Below, in pieces: positions 37,110 through 46,957 of a stretch of 64,000 nt of DNA. Position numbers and translations under genes: made by a program. How positions within the stretch are numbered: position 1 is the stretch's first letter; each line of letters begins with the position of its first letter. Source of the DNA: a virus (taxonomy: Duplodnaviria > Caudoviricetes); the IMG/VR virus record IMGVR_UViG_3300009104_000020, positions 791-64,790 of that record. One strand, 5' to 3'. The notes under the pieces were generated by a model. That model saw only the letters and a list, made by a program, of their open reading frames with translations. It did no database searches and had not been told where the DNA came from.

Positions 37110-37484
37110 ATGGCTGCTAAATACTACAGCGGGAACCCGGTTGTGGGCCACAAGATGGATGGATTCACATTTGCTTTTGAGTCTGTATCAGTCCGGTCAG
37201 GTGGATGGAGAGGAGTGTATGCAACCGAAAGCAAAGAGGAGCAAGTAGCTCTGAAGAAGCTGGAATCAGATGGTCAGATCAAGGAGATTTCTGAGGAAGC
37301 TTACGGGGATTTCCTGAAAAAAAAAGCGGAGAGATTGAGTTTATCTCCAAACTTGAGCGGCGTGTCAGAACAACAAGCTGTGGATCGTGCGGAGGTTCAG
37401 GCTCCCAAGGAGTCAGTCGAGGATGAGGACGATGTTCTGGAGGTGAAACAAGTTGCAAAGCCTAAGAAAAAACGTAAAGCCTGA
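37110..37484 (+). CDS. Hypothetical protein with A9 slippery run
   Basis: Leaderless-type ATG 37110; A9 at 37317-37325. Confidence 0.6.
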   Translation: MAAKYYSGNPVVGHKMDGFTFAFESVSVRSGGWRGVYATESKEEQVALKKLESDGQIKEISEEAYGDFLKKKAERLSLSPNLSGVSEQQAVDRAEVQAPKESVEDEDDVLEVKQVAKPKKKRKA

Positions 37485-37668
37485 AACTTTAGCAGAGAGG
37501 CAGGCCAAACAGGAATACTGGAGGGAATATGGATTAGAGTTGCTCAAGGAAAAGAACCCAACATACAGCCAATGCAAAGCAGCAGCCATAGGGAATGGAA
37601 GTAACCCCGAGTTGGCAGAGGATTTGATGAAAAAGGCAAGGAAATACAGGAGGAAAAGTGGCAGATAA
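37453..37668 (+). CDS. Small basic hypothetical protein
   Basis: GGAGGTG upstream of TTG start. Confidence 0.5.
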   Translation: MQSLRKNVKPETLAERQAKQEYWREYGLELLKEKNPTYSQCKAAAIGNGSNPELAEDLMKKARKYRRKSGR

Positions 37669-38209
37669 ACTAATAAAAGGATTGGGATATGCTGGGAGAA
37701 TAGCAGGGGTAGCGGGCGGCAACCCTCTTTCTATTTATGGAGAAACACAGAACCTTTTGCCATTCCTGCCACCCATAAGCAAAATTCCAGTAGTTGGTGA
37801 TCTGGTTAAGATTCAGGGTAAGATTCAGGATAAGGTAATTCGCAAGCCTATTGAAAACCTCCTGCGACCACGGCCCCGGCCAACAAAGCCTCGCCCAAGG
37901 CCAAAGAGGCCGCCGTCAAAAATCAATCCATCTAGGCCAAACCGAACACCTTTGCGTAAAAGAGGGGGGCGATCAGTCAGTAAGATGGGGCCTTCGTGGT
38001 TTGGGGCAATGCCGGCGGGGCTGGTTGGACTCCAACTTGGTACACAGAGGAGAACACACCCATCACAGCACCGCCCGCAGCGACCACCGAAAGCACAGGC
38101 TCGCCGGGTTGCAACAAAATACCCGTCTGTACTTCCGGGCGGGTTGTCCCGTGAACGCTTAATCCACGGTCTACGAGCTGCACTTGGGAGAGGAGGTTGG
38201 GGAGGGTAA
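37658..38209 (+). CDS. Arg/Pro-rich basic protein
   Basis: AGGAGG SD; composition. Confidence 0.6.
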   Translation: MADKLIKGLGYAGRIAGVAGGNPLSIYGETQNLLPFLPPISKIPVVGDLVKIQGKIQDKVIRKPIENLLRPRPRPTKPRPRPKRPPSKINPSRPNRTPLRKRGGRSVSKMGPSWFGAMPAGLVGLQLGTQRRTHPSQHRPQRPPKAQARRVATKYPSVLPGGLSRERLIHGLRAALGRGGWGG

Positions 38210-38808
38210 TGTCCGACAAACGCAAAGTTCCGCATAGACGACCCAAGCTTCAGGTTGCGGGAACCTATGCCACGCCTATGAAGCAGAATGTTGCAGAGCT
38301 AGACCCTAATTGGGACAGCCAAAACCGAGGGCTGCACTACACCGGGTCACACTTAATCCCACACGGGCCATCAAGAGGCGAGAGGATACACTTGATGGCG
38401 AGGGAGAATGTCGGGATAGAAAACAAACCTAACTTTGAGACATTCAGATTCAGGAAGTTCGGGAAAAAATGGAGAGAGGTGGACGCCAAAGGTAAAGCCG
38501 TTGACCCGGATCACACGCAATACATAACGCCTAATGATAAGATAGAGGGGTGGAGCGGGCTGGTCGTTGAGGACATAGACCCTGTTGTGGGCAAGGTTAA
38601 GTACCGTCAGTATGTGCAGAGTCCCATTGCCCAAGCAGAAGAGAAGGCATTTAAGGGATGGCTTGAGGAATTTATTAGCGACCCGTTTGAACGAGAACTG
38701 CGAATGAAGAGTCCCTTTGAGCGAACAGTCCTAAAGAACACATTCAAGGCAGAGATGAAGGCCCGAAGTAAAAACAGAGAAGCAGCAGCTAATATGTTCC
38801 AAAAATAA
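38209..38808 (+). CDS. Hypothetical protein
   Basis: GGAGG SD; TAATG overlap. Confidence 0.6.
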   Translation: MSDKRKVPHRRPKLQVAGTYATPMKQNVAELDPNWDSQNRGLHYTGSHLIPHGPSRGERIHLMARENVGIENKPNFETFRFRKFGKKWREVDAKGKAVDPDHTQYITPNDKIEGWSGLVVEDIDPVVGKVKYRQYVQSPIAQAEEKAFKGWLEEFISDPFERELRMKSPFERTVLKNTFKAEMKARSKNREAAANMFQK

Positions 38809-38810
38809 CA

Positions 38811-39257
38811 ATGCCCAAGAAACAATACGCAAGCGGAAGAACTAGGCAACAAGCAGCCAAGGCTAAAAGAACTCGGCCGAGGGTTGTTGTTACAATGGAG
38901 GAGCCGAAGAAGCCTAAAGGCGAGAAGAAGAAGAAAGCCGCAAAGGTTGCTGCCAAGGTGGAACCAAAGGAGGAGCCAAAGCCGAAGCCGAAGCGTAAGC
39001 TGGCTCGAACTTGGCCGGGCGCTCAACCCTCCCGCAGCCAACGCGCAGCCCGGAGAATTCCAAAGAATGTCACGCCAAAGCCCAAGCCCAAGCCCAAGAC
39101 TCGTAAGGTTCCCCGCCGGAAACAGGCAAGCGTTAAGCCTCTGGTTAAGCCAGCACCAAAGAAACCTATGTTTGGGAAAGGCACAGTTGAGCCTGGATAC
39201 GAAGAGATTCACCCGATTTTAACTAGGCTAGGTGTGACAAGGAGGAAGAAGAAATGA
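38811..39257 (+). CDS. Lys/Arg/Pro-rich histone-like basic protein
   Basis: KPKPKPK repeats; strongly basic. Confidence 0.6.
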   Translation: MPKKQYASGRTRQQAAKAKRTRPRVVVTMEEPKKPKGEKKKKAAKVAAKVEPKEEPKPKPKRKLARTWPGAQPSRSQRAARRIPKNVTPKPKPKPKTRKVPRRKQASVKPLVKPAPKKPMFGKGTVEPGYEEIHPILTRLGVTRRKKK

Positions 39258-40003
39258 CTTGGGCAGAATTTAAGACTGCGGTTAAAGAACTTATTACGGT
39301 TGATGGGTCTAGGCAGGGTGTCACCAGCTATGTGGATCGCATGATTCGGCTGGGTACTGTCGAGGTGTTGTCTCATGTGGAACACTACAGCAAGGGTAAT
39401 ATCACAAAGTACAATCTGGCCGGTGTTGCTGGCCATCAACCAATGACCACGGAGGGAAACGCCAGCTTGGGCCAACTCCCGGCTGAAGCCAGACCGCAAG
39501 AGGCATACAGAATTTTCTACACCACGGCCGAGGACGCTGCTACCCCAGCCACAGACGATGAAGGGTGTAACCGAACCCCATTAACAAACTACTCCTACGC
39601 CAACCGCAATGACCTTATCTGTTCGCATCCATTGATACATAACGGAGCCTCGGTCATAGCCATAGGGAGAGGGGGAGACTTCTACATCTACCCACAAATG
39701 GATCGCAACGAGGTTCTTGAGGTACATTGGGACGGGTTCACAGCCAGCCATTCAGATACAGACACGGTTCCCTATGACGAGCCGATGGCAGAATGCGTTG
39801 GGGAATATGTTAAGGCAAAGATAACAAGGGAAGTGGATAAAGACCTGAAGTTGTTTGAGTCCTACTATTCCACTTTCCAGAAAAAGAGACAGGAGTTATA
39901 CTTGAACAGCTTTGGAAGGCAGGTGTTGAAAAGGAATCCAGAGGGAGGGCCTAACAACCTAGCCTGCGAGACGACAACAACTACAACTTGCACGAATTGT
40001 TAA
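39254..40003 (+). CDS. Probable head-tail adaptor (tail tubular protein A-like)
   Basis: MTW.E.K..V start, YIYP motif, size and position. Confidence 0.6.
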   Translation: MTWAEFKTAVKELITVDGSRQGVTSYVDRMIRLGTVEVLSHVEHYSKGNITKYNLAGVAGHQPMTTEGNASLGQLPAEARPQEAYRIFYTTAEDAATPATDDEGCNRTPLTNYSYANRNDLICSHPLIHNGASVIAIGRGGDFYIYPQMDRNEVLEVHWDGFTASHSDTDTVPYDEPMAECVGEYVKAKITREVDKDLKLFESYYSTFQKKRQELYLNSFGRQVLKRNPEGGPNNLACETTTTTTCTNC

Positions 40004-40004
40004 C

Positions 40005-41825
40005 ATGAGTCTATTAAATACAACTGATACGGCCAGCGGTGCGAATGTGCCGGATGCAGGAGCCACTACCAAGTGGAAGGATTACATCTGGGTTCGCAGG
40101 CTGGGAACTAGCGGGGAGGCCAAGTTCTATATCTGGAACGAGAACGCCACGAGTGATGCCACCTACCTGAAATGGCAGGAGAAGAGTGATGTTGTGGTGA
40201 GCGACATCTCCATGACCAGCGGCCAAATTCTAGTAGGCGGATCTACTGGCCTTGGCACATCAGTCGCCATGAGCGGGGACGCAACGATCAGCAATGCGGG
40301 AGCGGTTACAGTTTCCAACATTGCAGACGCAGCGATTACCAACGCCAAGGTGTCCAACTCTGCCGCGATTGCCTACAGTAAATTGAATCTTGGTTCTAGT
40401 GTTACAAACGCTGACCTAGCTGGAAGCATAGCCAACGACAAGCTCGCCGGAAGCATAAACCAGGACAAGCTCGCCGGGAGTATTCCTTGGGCCAAGCTGT
40501 CAATCAACGATGCCCAGATTCCTTTCGGTAAGATTGATAAGATATTTGAAAAGAACATTGATGTGCAAAGCACGGGAAGCAATGCCCCTAACGGCAACGC
40601 AAGCGTATCTGGCAATTTCCCTGAACACAGCACCCCTACTGGACTCGCTATTCCGAACGGAAGCCAATCACTAGAAGGGGTCTATCGAGTGGCTGTTTCG
40701 TCTGGCAATTCCTCAAGCACAATCACTTTACCTGACCCAAGTAGCGGCGCATTTGATGGTAAGATTTTCAAGCTGTCTATTTACAGAGCCAATGTCACGC
40801 AGAGTAAGGGGCCGGTTTATCTACGGATTGCAGGCTCCTCTCCTACTGCTGGTCAATGCACGGCCACCTCGGCCCAGTTCACTCTGCCATCCGGTCACGG
40901 CCTGACATCTACTGACAAGGTTAGCATCATGGGGGTATTTGATTCCAATGACCGCAGTTATGAAGCTGAAAACACGGCTATTACAATTAGCGGAAACACG
41001 ATGACATATACCCTGCCGACTGCGGCTGTCACCTCGATTACCGAATCAGGCAATACAGCTACAGTAACAACAACAGACCCGCATCCGTTCAAGACTGATG
41101 ATGAGGTTACAATTAGTGGGGTTTCGTCTGGTAATGCCAGCACCTACAATACAAACCATACAGTCACAAGGACAGGCAACAACACGTTTACAATGACTGT
41201 CTCTGGCAACCCCGGAACAGGAACCGGCACAATGTTGGTGAGTCGCTCCGGCCTTGGGAATTTCACATCACAGAGGGGAGTCGTTGTTCGTTCGTTTAAA
41301 CTGGTAGATAACGCTAACGGCGTCTTGTCTGACATGGTTGAAGTGATACCTTCTACTAACGACAGCGTAGCTAAGAAGGTAGTCTTGGATATTACCTGTG
41401 ATTCAAGGAATACGGGCGATGGTCAATGGCTAGTGAGTGGTCACGGAGGAATGAGGACTAATTACGCTAAGACAGGCACACGAATTACAGTATCAAGCGG
41501 ATCAATAAATGCGGGTAGCAACGGAAATATTACAGCAGACCTAGATGAAGCTGTAACTGCCGGTGAAATATTAACCGATACTGCAACCGGCAAAAAGGTA
41601 GAGGTCACAGAAGATGTTGCAGCCGGTTCAGGTAAAACAGTTCCGGTCAAGAATACAGGTGACTCTGCCATAGCTGCTAATGACAAGCTAACTAAACCGC
41701 CAACTAGATCTGTTGAGTTTATCGCAGAAATTGGAGATCAGATGTTCTTCGATCCGGTTACTGGGGAATTTAAGATGCCTACTATAACTTGGAAGCCGAA
41801 GAAACCGGGTGCATATGGGGGTTAA
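40005..41825 (+). CDS. Virion fibre/structural protein
   Basis: S/T/G-rich; GSI..DKLA repeats; AT.TT..PH.F...D.VTISG repeats. Confidence 0.65.
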   Translation: MSLLNTTDTASGANVPDAGATTKWKDYIWVRRLGTSGEAKFYIWNENATSDATYLKWQEKSDVVVSDISMTSGQILVGGSTGLGTSVAMSGDATISNAGAVTVSNIADAAITNAKVSNSAAIAYSKLNLGSSVTNADLAGSIANDKLAGSINQDKLAGSIPWAKLSINDAQIPFGKIDKIFEKNIDVQSTGSNAPNGNASVSGNFPEHSTPTGLAIPNGSQSLEGVYRVAVSSGNSSSTITLPDPSSGAFDGKIFKLSIYRANVTQSKGPVYLRIAGSSPTAGQCTATSAQFTLPSGHGLTSTDKVSIMGVFDSNDRSYEAENTAITISGNTMTYTLPTAAVTSITESGNTATVTTTDPHPFKTDDEVTISGVSSGNASTYNTNHTVTRTGNNTFTMTVSGNPGTGTGTMLVSRSGLGNFTSQRGVVVRSFKLVDNANGVLSDMVEVIPSTNDSVAKKVVLDITCDSRNTGDGQWLVSGHGGMRTNYAKTGTRITVSSGSINAGSNGNITADLDEAVTAGEILTDTATGKKVEVTEDVAAGSGKTVPVKNTGDSAIAANDKLTKPPTRSVEFIAEIGDQMFFDPVTGEFKMPTITWKPKKPGAYGG

Positions 41826-41831
41826 ACCGTA

Positions 41832-43778
41832 ATGCCAAAGGCGAGGTACAAAAGTGTTACAGCAAGGCCGACTGACGGTGGGCAGTTGTTCACCTCGTTG
41901 TCCAAGGAGTTTGCTGGCCCCGCCAACTATGTCCAAAAGCTTGACTGGCGCAGGGACTTGGATCAGGAGGTTAGGAGAGAGGGCTATGATTACTTCAGTC
42001 CTTCAGGCTCCAGCGATGCACAGGGCAACGCCTTCCCCGCATCTAGCGAGATCAACCTAGTACACATGGTGCGCCGACCTAACGGCGAGGTGGCCATCGT
42101 TGTTGGAACCAAGACCCATCTCTACCGCTACCAAAAAAGCGACAATGTAACCTATGCCTTGGGAGACGGTAACGGAGATTACTTTGACTCTGAATATGTT
42201 GATAGCACCCCGGATAACTGGATCACTATAGGCAGCGGCTTCAGTTCATCTGGCAACAGGTGGCAGGCGGTAAACATAAATGGGTATGCCGTGTTCAATA
42301 ATGGTGTGGATCTGCCTGTTTCCTACCGGGTGGAGCATGAGGAAGTCACCCCGCTGTATGAGTTAAGGGAGAACGGTATTGCTAGCGTTGGTTGCATGGC
42401 TGTTTATAACGGCATCCTAATGATGGGCAACCTTGACTTGATCGACGACCTTAACACCTGGATGGCAGGAGGAAGTCCTTACGGTGTGGTTACAAGTAAC
42501 ACTACAAGGTATCACACTCGGCTTATCTGGTCGCAAATCAGAGAGCCATTGAAATGGGCATCACCCACTCCGGGCAGCATAACGGAAGGCTCCCGAGTTC
42601 TTACCCTTAAATATCCGGCAAAATCCTACAAGGTCGGTGACTCTATAACCATAACAGGAGCCGGAACCAACGGGGGAAATTTAAGCAGTACCATTGAGAT
42701 AGTTACATCCAACCAAACTATAACGATAGCCGATGCTGCAAGTACGACGGTATCAGAACTAGCCGTATTACAGACGGGCGAAATCGGGAGCATAGTTGGG
42801 TATGAGGATCTGGAAGATGACGGGTCAGGTGTTATCAACATGGCTCCGCTCCAAAACATGGTGGTCATCTACAAGGACACCTCAATTTTCGTGGGTCAGT
42901 TCACGGGCAACACCAATATCCCCTTTAAGTTTCGGGTAATAAAGACCCCCAGCTCGCAGGCCCTTTACTACAAGCACACGCTAATCCCCCTCAAGAATTC
43001 CCATGTATATGTAGGCAGGGACAGCTTCTATTCGTTCGACCTGTCAAGCGGAGGCCCGCAGGAGGTGGCAGCGTTGGCGTCTGTTAAGGACTTGTTGTTT
43101 TCGCAGACAGACATATCAACAACTAATACCGTTTTTGCAGCAGACAATACTTTAACCAACGAGATATGGTTTTGCTTCGGCTCCCTGACGGATGATTGTG
43201 CGATATGCTACGATTACAGGAACGGCACAGCGTCAACCACCGCAACCAATATTACGGCAGCAGCAAGCGTTAAGAAACCCCCTTCAACGAACGAGGATTG
43301 GTTTGTCATGGGAACAAATGTGGGAGGCGTACTTCGGTATGGGCTTTCCAATGAGGAAGTATCTGAATGGGGAGACAAGAAGGCGATATTCTGGAAGAGG
43401 GCATCCAACTACTCAACAAGCAAAATCAGCTACGCAAGCAAACTGCAAGGGGGGCTGGCTAACTTTGGGGATGCTTACAACGAAAAAGATTTCAGGGGTT
43501 ACTTGTTACAGTTAGCAAGTCAACAGGAAGAGAACGCCACGCTGACTATCAAGGTGTATGGATATGCAAACCCCTACAGTACGGCGACAACATTGGTGGA
43601 TGGCTTCCAGATAACCACGCCAGCAACACGGAACCTAGTGCCTTGCTTCTTCAGGCAACACTTGTTTCAGGACGAAATTACAGCAACAGAACAAAAGAAT
43701 GTAAGGCTTGCAGCCCGCACCTTTGATGTAGGGCTGGTCGCAAGCGCAAGCGAAATAAGACAACCTGCTTTAAGCTAA
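41832..43778 (+). CDS. Probable tail nozzle / DNA stabilization protein (P22 gp10/T7 gp12-like)
   Basis: Beta-propeller-like content (RLIWS, VIYKD.SI, EIWF...ICYDY); size and position. Confidence 0.65.
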   Translation: MPKARYKSVTARPTDGGQLFTSLSKEFAGPANYVQKLDWRRDLDQEVRREGYDYFSPSGSSDAQGNAFPASSEINLVHMVRRPNGEVAIVVGTKTHLYRYQKSDNVTYALGDGNGDYFDSEYVDSTPDNWITIGSGFSSSGNRWQAVNINGYAVFNNGVDLPVSYRVEHEEVTPLYELRENGIASVGCMAVYNGILMMGNLDLIDDLNTWMAGGSPYGVVTSNTTRYHTRLIWSQIREPLKWASPTPGSITEGSRVLTLKYPAKSYKVGDSITITGAGTNGGNLSSTIEIVTSNQTITIADAASTTVSELAVLQTGEIGSIVGYEDLEDDGSGVINMAPLQNMVVIYKDTSIFVGQFTGNTNIPFKFRVIKTPSSQALYYKHTLIPLKNSHVYVGRDSFYSFDLSSGGPQEVAALASVKDLLFSQTDISTTNTVFAADNTLTNEIWFCFGSLTDDCAICYDYRNGTASTTATNITAAASVKKPPSTNEDWFVMGTNVGGVLRYGLSNEEVSEWGDKKAIFWKRASNYSTSKISYASKLQGGLANFGDAYNEKDFRGYLLQLASQQEENATLTIKVYGYANPYSTATTLVDGFQITTPATRNLVPCFFRQHLFQDEITATEQKNVRLAARTFDVGLVASASEIRQPALS

Positions 43779-44722
43779 TGCCAAGTTCAATTACCCTAGT
43801 TAAAAGACTCACTAAAGGTTCCCCCCTCACGGCAACGGAGATGGACGCCAACCTAACCAACCTAGCGGCGGGCATCACGGGGGATTACTCCCTTCTACTT
43901 GCCGCCCATGATTCTAGTGGGAACATAAAGACAGCCAGCGGCACGGTTAATGGCAGCGCGTTGACTGACGGCACGGTTACATACGACAAGTTGTCGACCA
44001 TCTTCTATGAGACAGACAGTAGCGCAGATGCTAACATCATTACGGTTACATTAAGCGAACTAGACGCTGCGCCAGCCGTTGGGAGTGTGTTCTTTATCAA
44101 GGTAAACGGAGCCAACACAGAGGGTGTGCAGATTCAAGTGGTGACGGGAAGCGTTACGACAACAGGTACTCTCTACAAGAACGGAACAACCACAACCCTT
44201 ACCAGCGGCGACTTGGTTAGCAACCAGATCATTGCTGTAGCTTATGCCGGGAGCAGCGCGTTCCACCTGTTAAGCAACCTGTCGGCATCTGCTGGAGCAG
44301 GCGAGATGGTGAAGATTGCCACAGTTGAATCTGATTCGTCATCACACACATCGGCCGCTCCTTCGCCAACGCAAATCGCCAGCTACTCCTTGGCAAGTAA
44401 TTCGTACAGTAAGATCATTGTTCGCGCCACGGCTAGGGTGATTGCAGGTTATGGGGTAACGGCAGGGGTACAGTTCTATAAAGCGTCAACGGCGGTAGCA
44501 CCTTCATACGATATGCCACAGATGCAGGTTCCTTCAGGCAAGGCATACAGCGACAGCACCGCAACAGCAGCAACTGACATTAAGTATGCGCCCTGGCAAA
44601 CATTCGTTGCAGAATTTGATGGAGGAAATCCCTCTAGTGTTACTATCTACTTTTACAAGACGGGAACTAGCGCAGACTATAAAGCTGAACTAGACTTCCT
44701 TGAAGTTTACGGAGTAATTTAA
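43778..44722 (+). CDS. Tail structural protein
   Basis: TKGSPLT..EMDAN..NL N-terminus common in tail proteins. Confidence 0.65.
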   Translation: MPSSITLVKRLTKGSPLTATEMDANLTNLAAGITGDYSLLLAAHDSSGNIKTASGTVNGSALTDGTVTYDKLSTIFYETDSSADANIITVTLSELDAAPAVGSVFFIKVNGANTEGVQIQVVTGSVTTTGTLYKNGTTTTLTSGDLVSNQIIAVAYAGSSAFHLLSNLSASAGAGEMVKIATVESDSSSHTSAAPSPTQIASYSLASNSYSKIIVRATARVIAGYGVTAGVQFYKASTAVAPSYDMPQMQVPSGKAYSDSTATAATDIKYAPWQTFVAEFDGGNPSSVTIYFYKTGTSADYKAELDFLEVYGVI

Positions 44723-44749
44723 AATGGAAACTAAAAGGAGGACAAACTA

Positions 44750-45916
44750 ATGGCTTGGTGGGTTCCGGCAATCGCATTTGCGGCAAAGACTTATAGTTCT
44801 TATCAGGCGGGCAAGAGTGCGTCGTTATCACAGAATCAGTCTTATGACAGGATAATGGCCCAGCTAGACAAGGCGTTTAACCTTGATGTAAAGCAGGCTC
44901 TTATGTCGTCTGGAGGATACGGGTTTGCCAATTTCGCCAACTACCTGTACCGAGGAGAATATGCACCGGGAACGCTTCAGTACATGAGCGACGAAAAGCT
45001 GAAGCAAGTTGCTGGACAGTATGGAGTGGAGCCAACGTACAGAACCGAGTATGAATCCGGCATTAAGAAAAGAGGCGGGTTGGCAGGTTTATTCGGAGGC
45101 ACTAAAAAGTATAAGAAGGCAATCGAAGTGCTTAACAGGGATGAGTTAATAGCCAAGCTAGAGCCTTTAGCTGTCGTCCCGTTCGAGAAGGAGATGGGCC
45201 AAGACTTGATAGCGACCTACGATCAGGGAATGAAACCTGACGAGGCGTTGTCAACTTTTACCGATATTCGAGACAGATATCAACCCTCTGTAGATGCAGC
45301 AGGACAAGAGGCGGTGGACTTATTCAGCGGCCAGAGGCTACAGCAACAACTTGCAGACATCCGGCCCGTAGAAGAAGCCGAGCGTCAATACATAGCCGGA
45401 ATGGAAGATGCCTATGGAACACAAACGGCGGAACAGATGAATCAGTTGAGAACTGCGAACCTTGCCAAGTATGGTAGCGCAAATACGGGGCTTGGCCAGC
45501 GGAAGCTGGAGGCACAATTAGGTCTGGCATCGTCTGAGGCTTTGGCAAAGTTGCGCGGTGACATGGGCATAACACAGGCCGGAAGGGTGGCTGACATGAA
45601 GGAACAAAACCGTCAATTGAAGCTGTCTAATCTTGGTATCCCGGCACAAGTGGCACAACAGGCAGGTCAATATGCAACCATGCCTTCTGATATGGCTGGT
45701 CAATACCAGTTAAGGCGTTCCGGGTGGATGAATCCTGCGGCAATCAATCAACCGATACCGCAAACCTACACACCGTTCCAAGGGTTTAAACCTGTTGCCT
45801 CTACAGGCCAGATACAATCAGGGTTAATGAGTAAAATCTTTGGCCAAATGTATAAGGCGAGTGGGGGTATGGGCGAACCCGGCGGCAAGGACGGTATAAT
45901 GAGTATATTTGGATAG
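44750..45916 (+). CDS. Probable ejection/pilot protein
   Basis: Hydrophobic N-terminus; Q/A/G-rich helical; AAGGAGG SD. Confidence 0.55.
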   Translation: MAWWVPAIAFAAKTYSSYQAGKSASLSQNQSYDRIMAQLDKAFNLDVKQALMSSGGYGFANFANYLYRGEYAPGTLQYMSDEKLKQVAGQYGVEPTYRTEYESGIKKRGGLAGLFGGTKKYKKAIEVLNRDELIAKLEPLAVVPFEKEMGQDLIATYDQGMKPDEALSTFTDIRDRYQPSVDAAGQEAVDLFSGQRLQQQLADIRPVEEAERQYIAGMEDAYGTQTAEQMNQLRTANLAKYGSANTGLGQRKLEAQLGLASSEALAKLRGDMGITQAGRVADMKEQNRQLKLSNLGIPAQVAQQAGQYATMPSDMAGQYQLRRSGWMNPAAINQPIPQTYTPFQGFKPVASTGQIQSGLMSKIFGQMYKASGGMGEPGGKDGIMSIFG

Positions 45917-45924
45917 GAATAAAA

Positions 45925-46956
45925 ATGGCCAGAATTAAAGGAGGACAAAAGCTAGTGTGGATGAACAAGCTCCGACCTGTTCCAAGGGTGAGGAGAGCGC
46001 AAATCGTAAAGACTCCTCCGCTATGGGACGAAGAAGCTGGGTTGCGGGAGGGCGAATACTACGGAGACGATGCTGGCGCGCCATCAGAGAGTGAGGAGGT
46101 TTTCAGGGCAGGATACACCGACCCGAGGGTGCAACCCCAAACTGGGCCGTTCGGCATGATTGAACCTTTCTTCACCCCGGAGCAACAGGCGAAAGAGGAT
46201 GAGATAAATAATCTTAACGCCCAGATAGACAGCCTAATAACAAAGGCAGGGGTTGACCCTAGAACAGGAGAGAAAACCGAGAAAGAACCTGCCCCACAGG
46301 ATGAGTTTCGTGGGCCGGAGAATGAGTTTCGTGGGCCGGAAAGGGAATATCAAGAAGATCCAAAGAAGCCGAAACCTCAAAGCAATGAACTGGTTGATGT
46401 CTTGAAGGAAATGAACAAGGCAATCAAGGCTTACAGGGATACAGACACTTCGCCCGGACAAAAAGATGATACCAGTTGGAAGCAGGGGGCAAAAGACTCT
46501 CCTTATTTTGGAACCCCGGCAGTAGATATGCCGCCACCACCGCCTTCAAAAGAAGAGGCATGGCAATTCAACAACCCAAGCGGAATGCCAAGGGAAGCTA
46601 TTGAACAGGCTAATCAGGCTGCCGCACTTGAAACTGTCGGATCATCAGCGGCTGCTCCGTTCCTGTTTTCCGACCAAGAGATAATGAACGCCGCCGCTTT
46701 AACAGAAGTCCCTAGTGACAGGCTCATCTTACCACCGTCCTATGCAACTAGGGCTGATGCTGCGGCAGATGTTGACCGGGCTTCAGAAATGGGGCAACCC
46801 CTTCCTCCGGTAGTCTTTATTAAGGATGAGAATGAATACCTAGTGCTGGCAAACGACGAAGAGCTAGGGAGATTTGTGTGGGGAGCCGAAGACATAAAGA
46901 GGTATAACGAAAAACTACTGCCTGCCATAATGCAGCAGCAACAAAAGAATCAATAA
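45925..46956 (+). CDS. Probable internal virion protein
   Basis: P/E-rich; position among ejection genes. Confidence 0.5.
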   Translation: MARIKGGQKLVWMNKLRPVPRVRRAQIVKTPPLWDEEAGLREGEYYGDDAGAPSESEEVFRAGYTDPRVQPQTGPFGMIEPFFTPEQQAKEDEINNLNAQIDSLITKAGVDPRTGEKTEKEPAPQDEFRGPENEFRGPEREYQEDPKKPKPQSNELVDVLKEMNKAIKAYRDTDTSPGQKDDTSWKQGAKDSPYFGTPAVDMPPPPPSKEEAWQFNNPSGMPREAIEQANQAAALETVGSSAAAPFLFSDQEIMNAAALTEVPSDRLILPPSYATRADAAADVDRASEMGQPLPPVVFIKDENEYLVLANDEELGRFVWGAEDIKRYNEKLLPAIMQQQQKNQ

Positions 46957-46957
46957 C

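Noticed and set aside
46301-46340. 21-bp tandem duplication
   Set aside because: In-frame coding duplication (EFRGPE); no further structure
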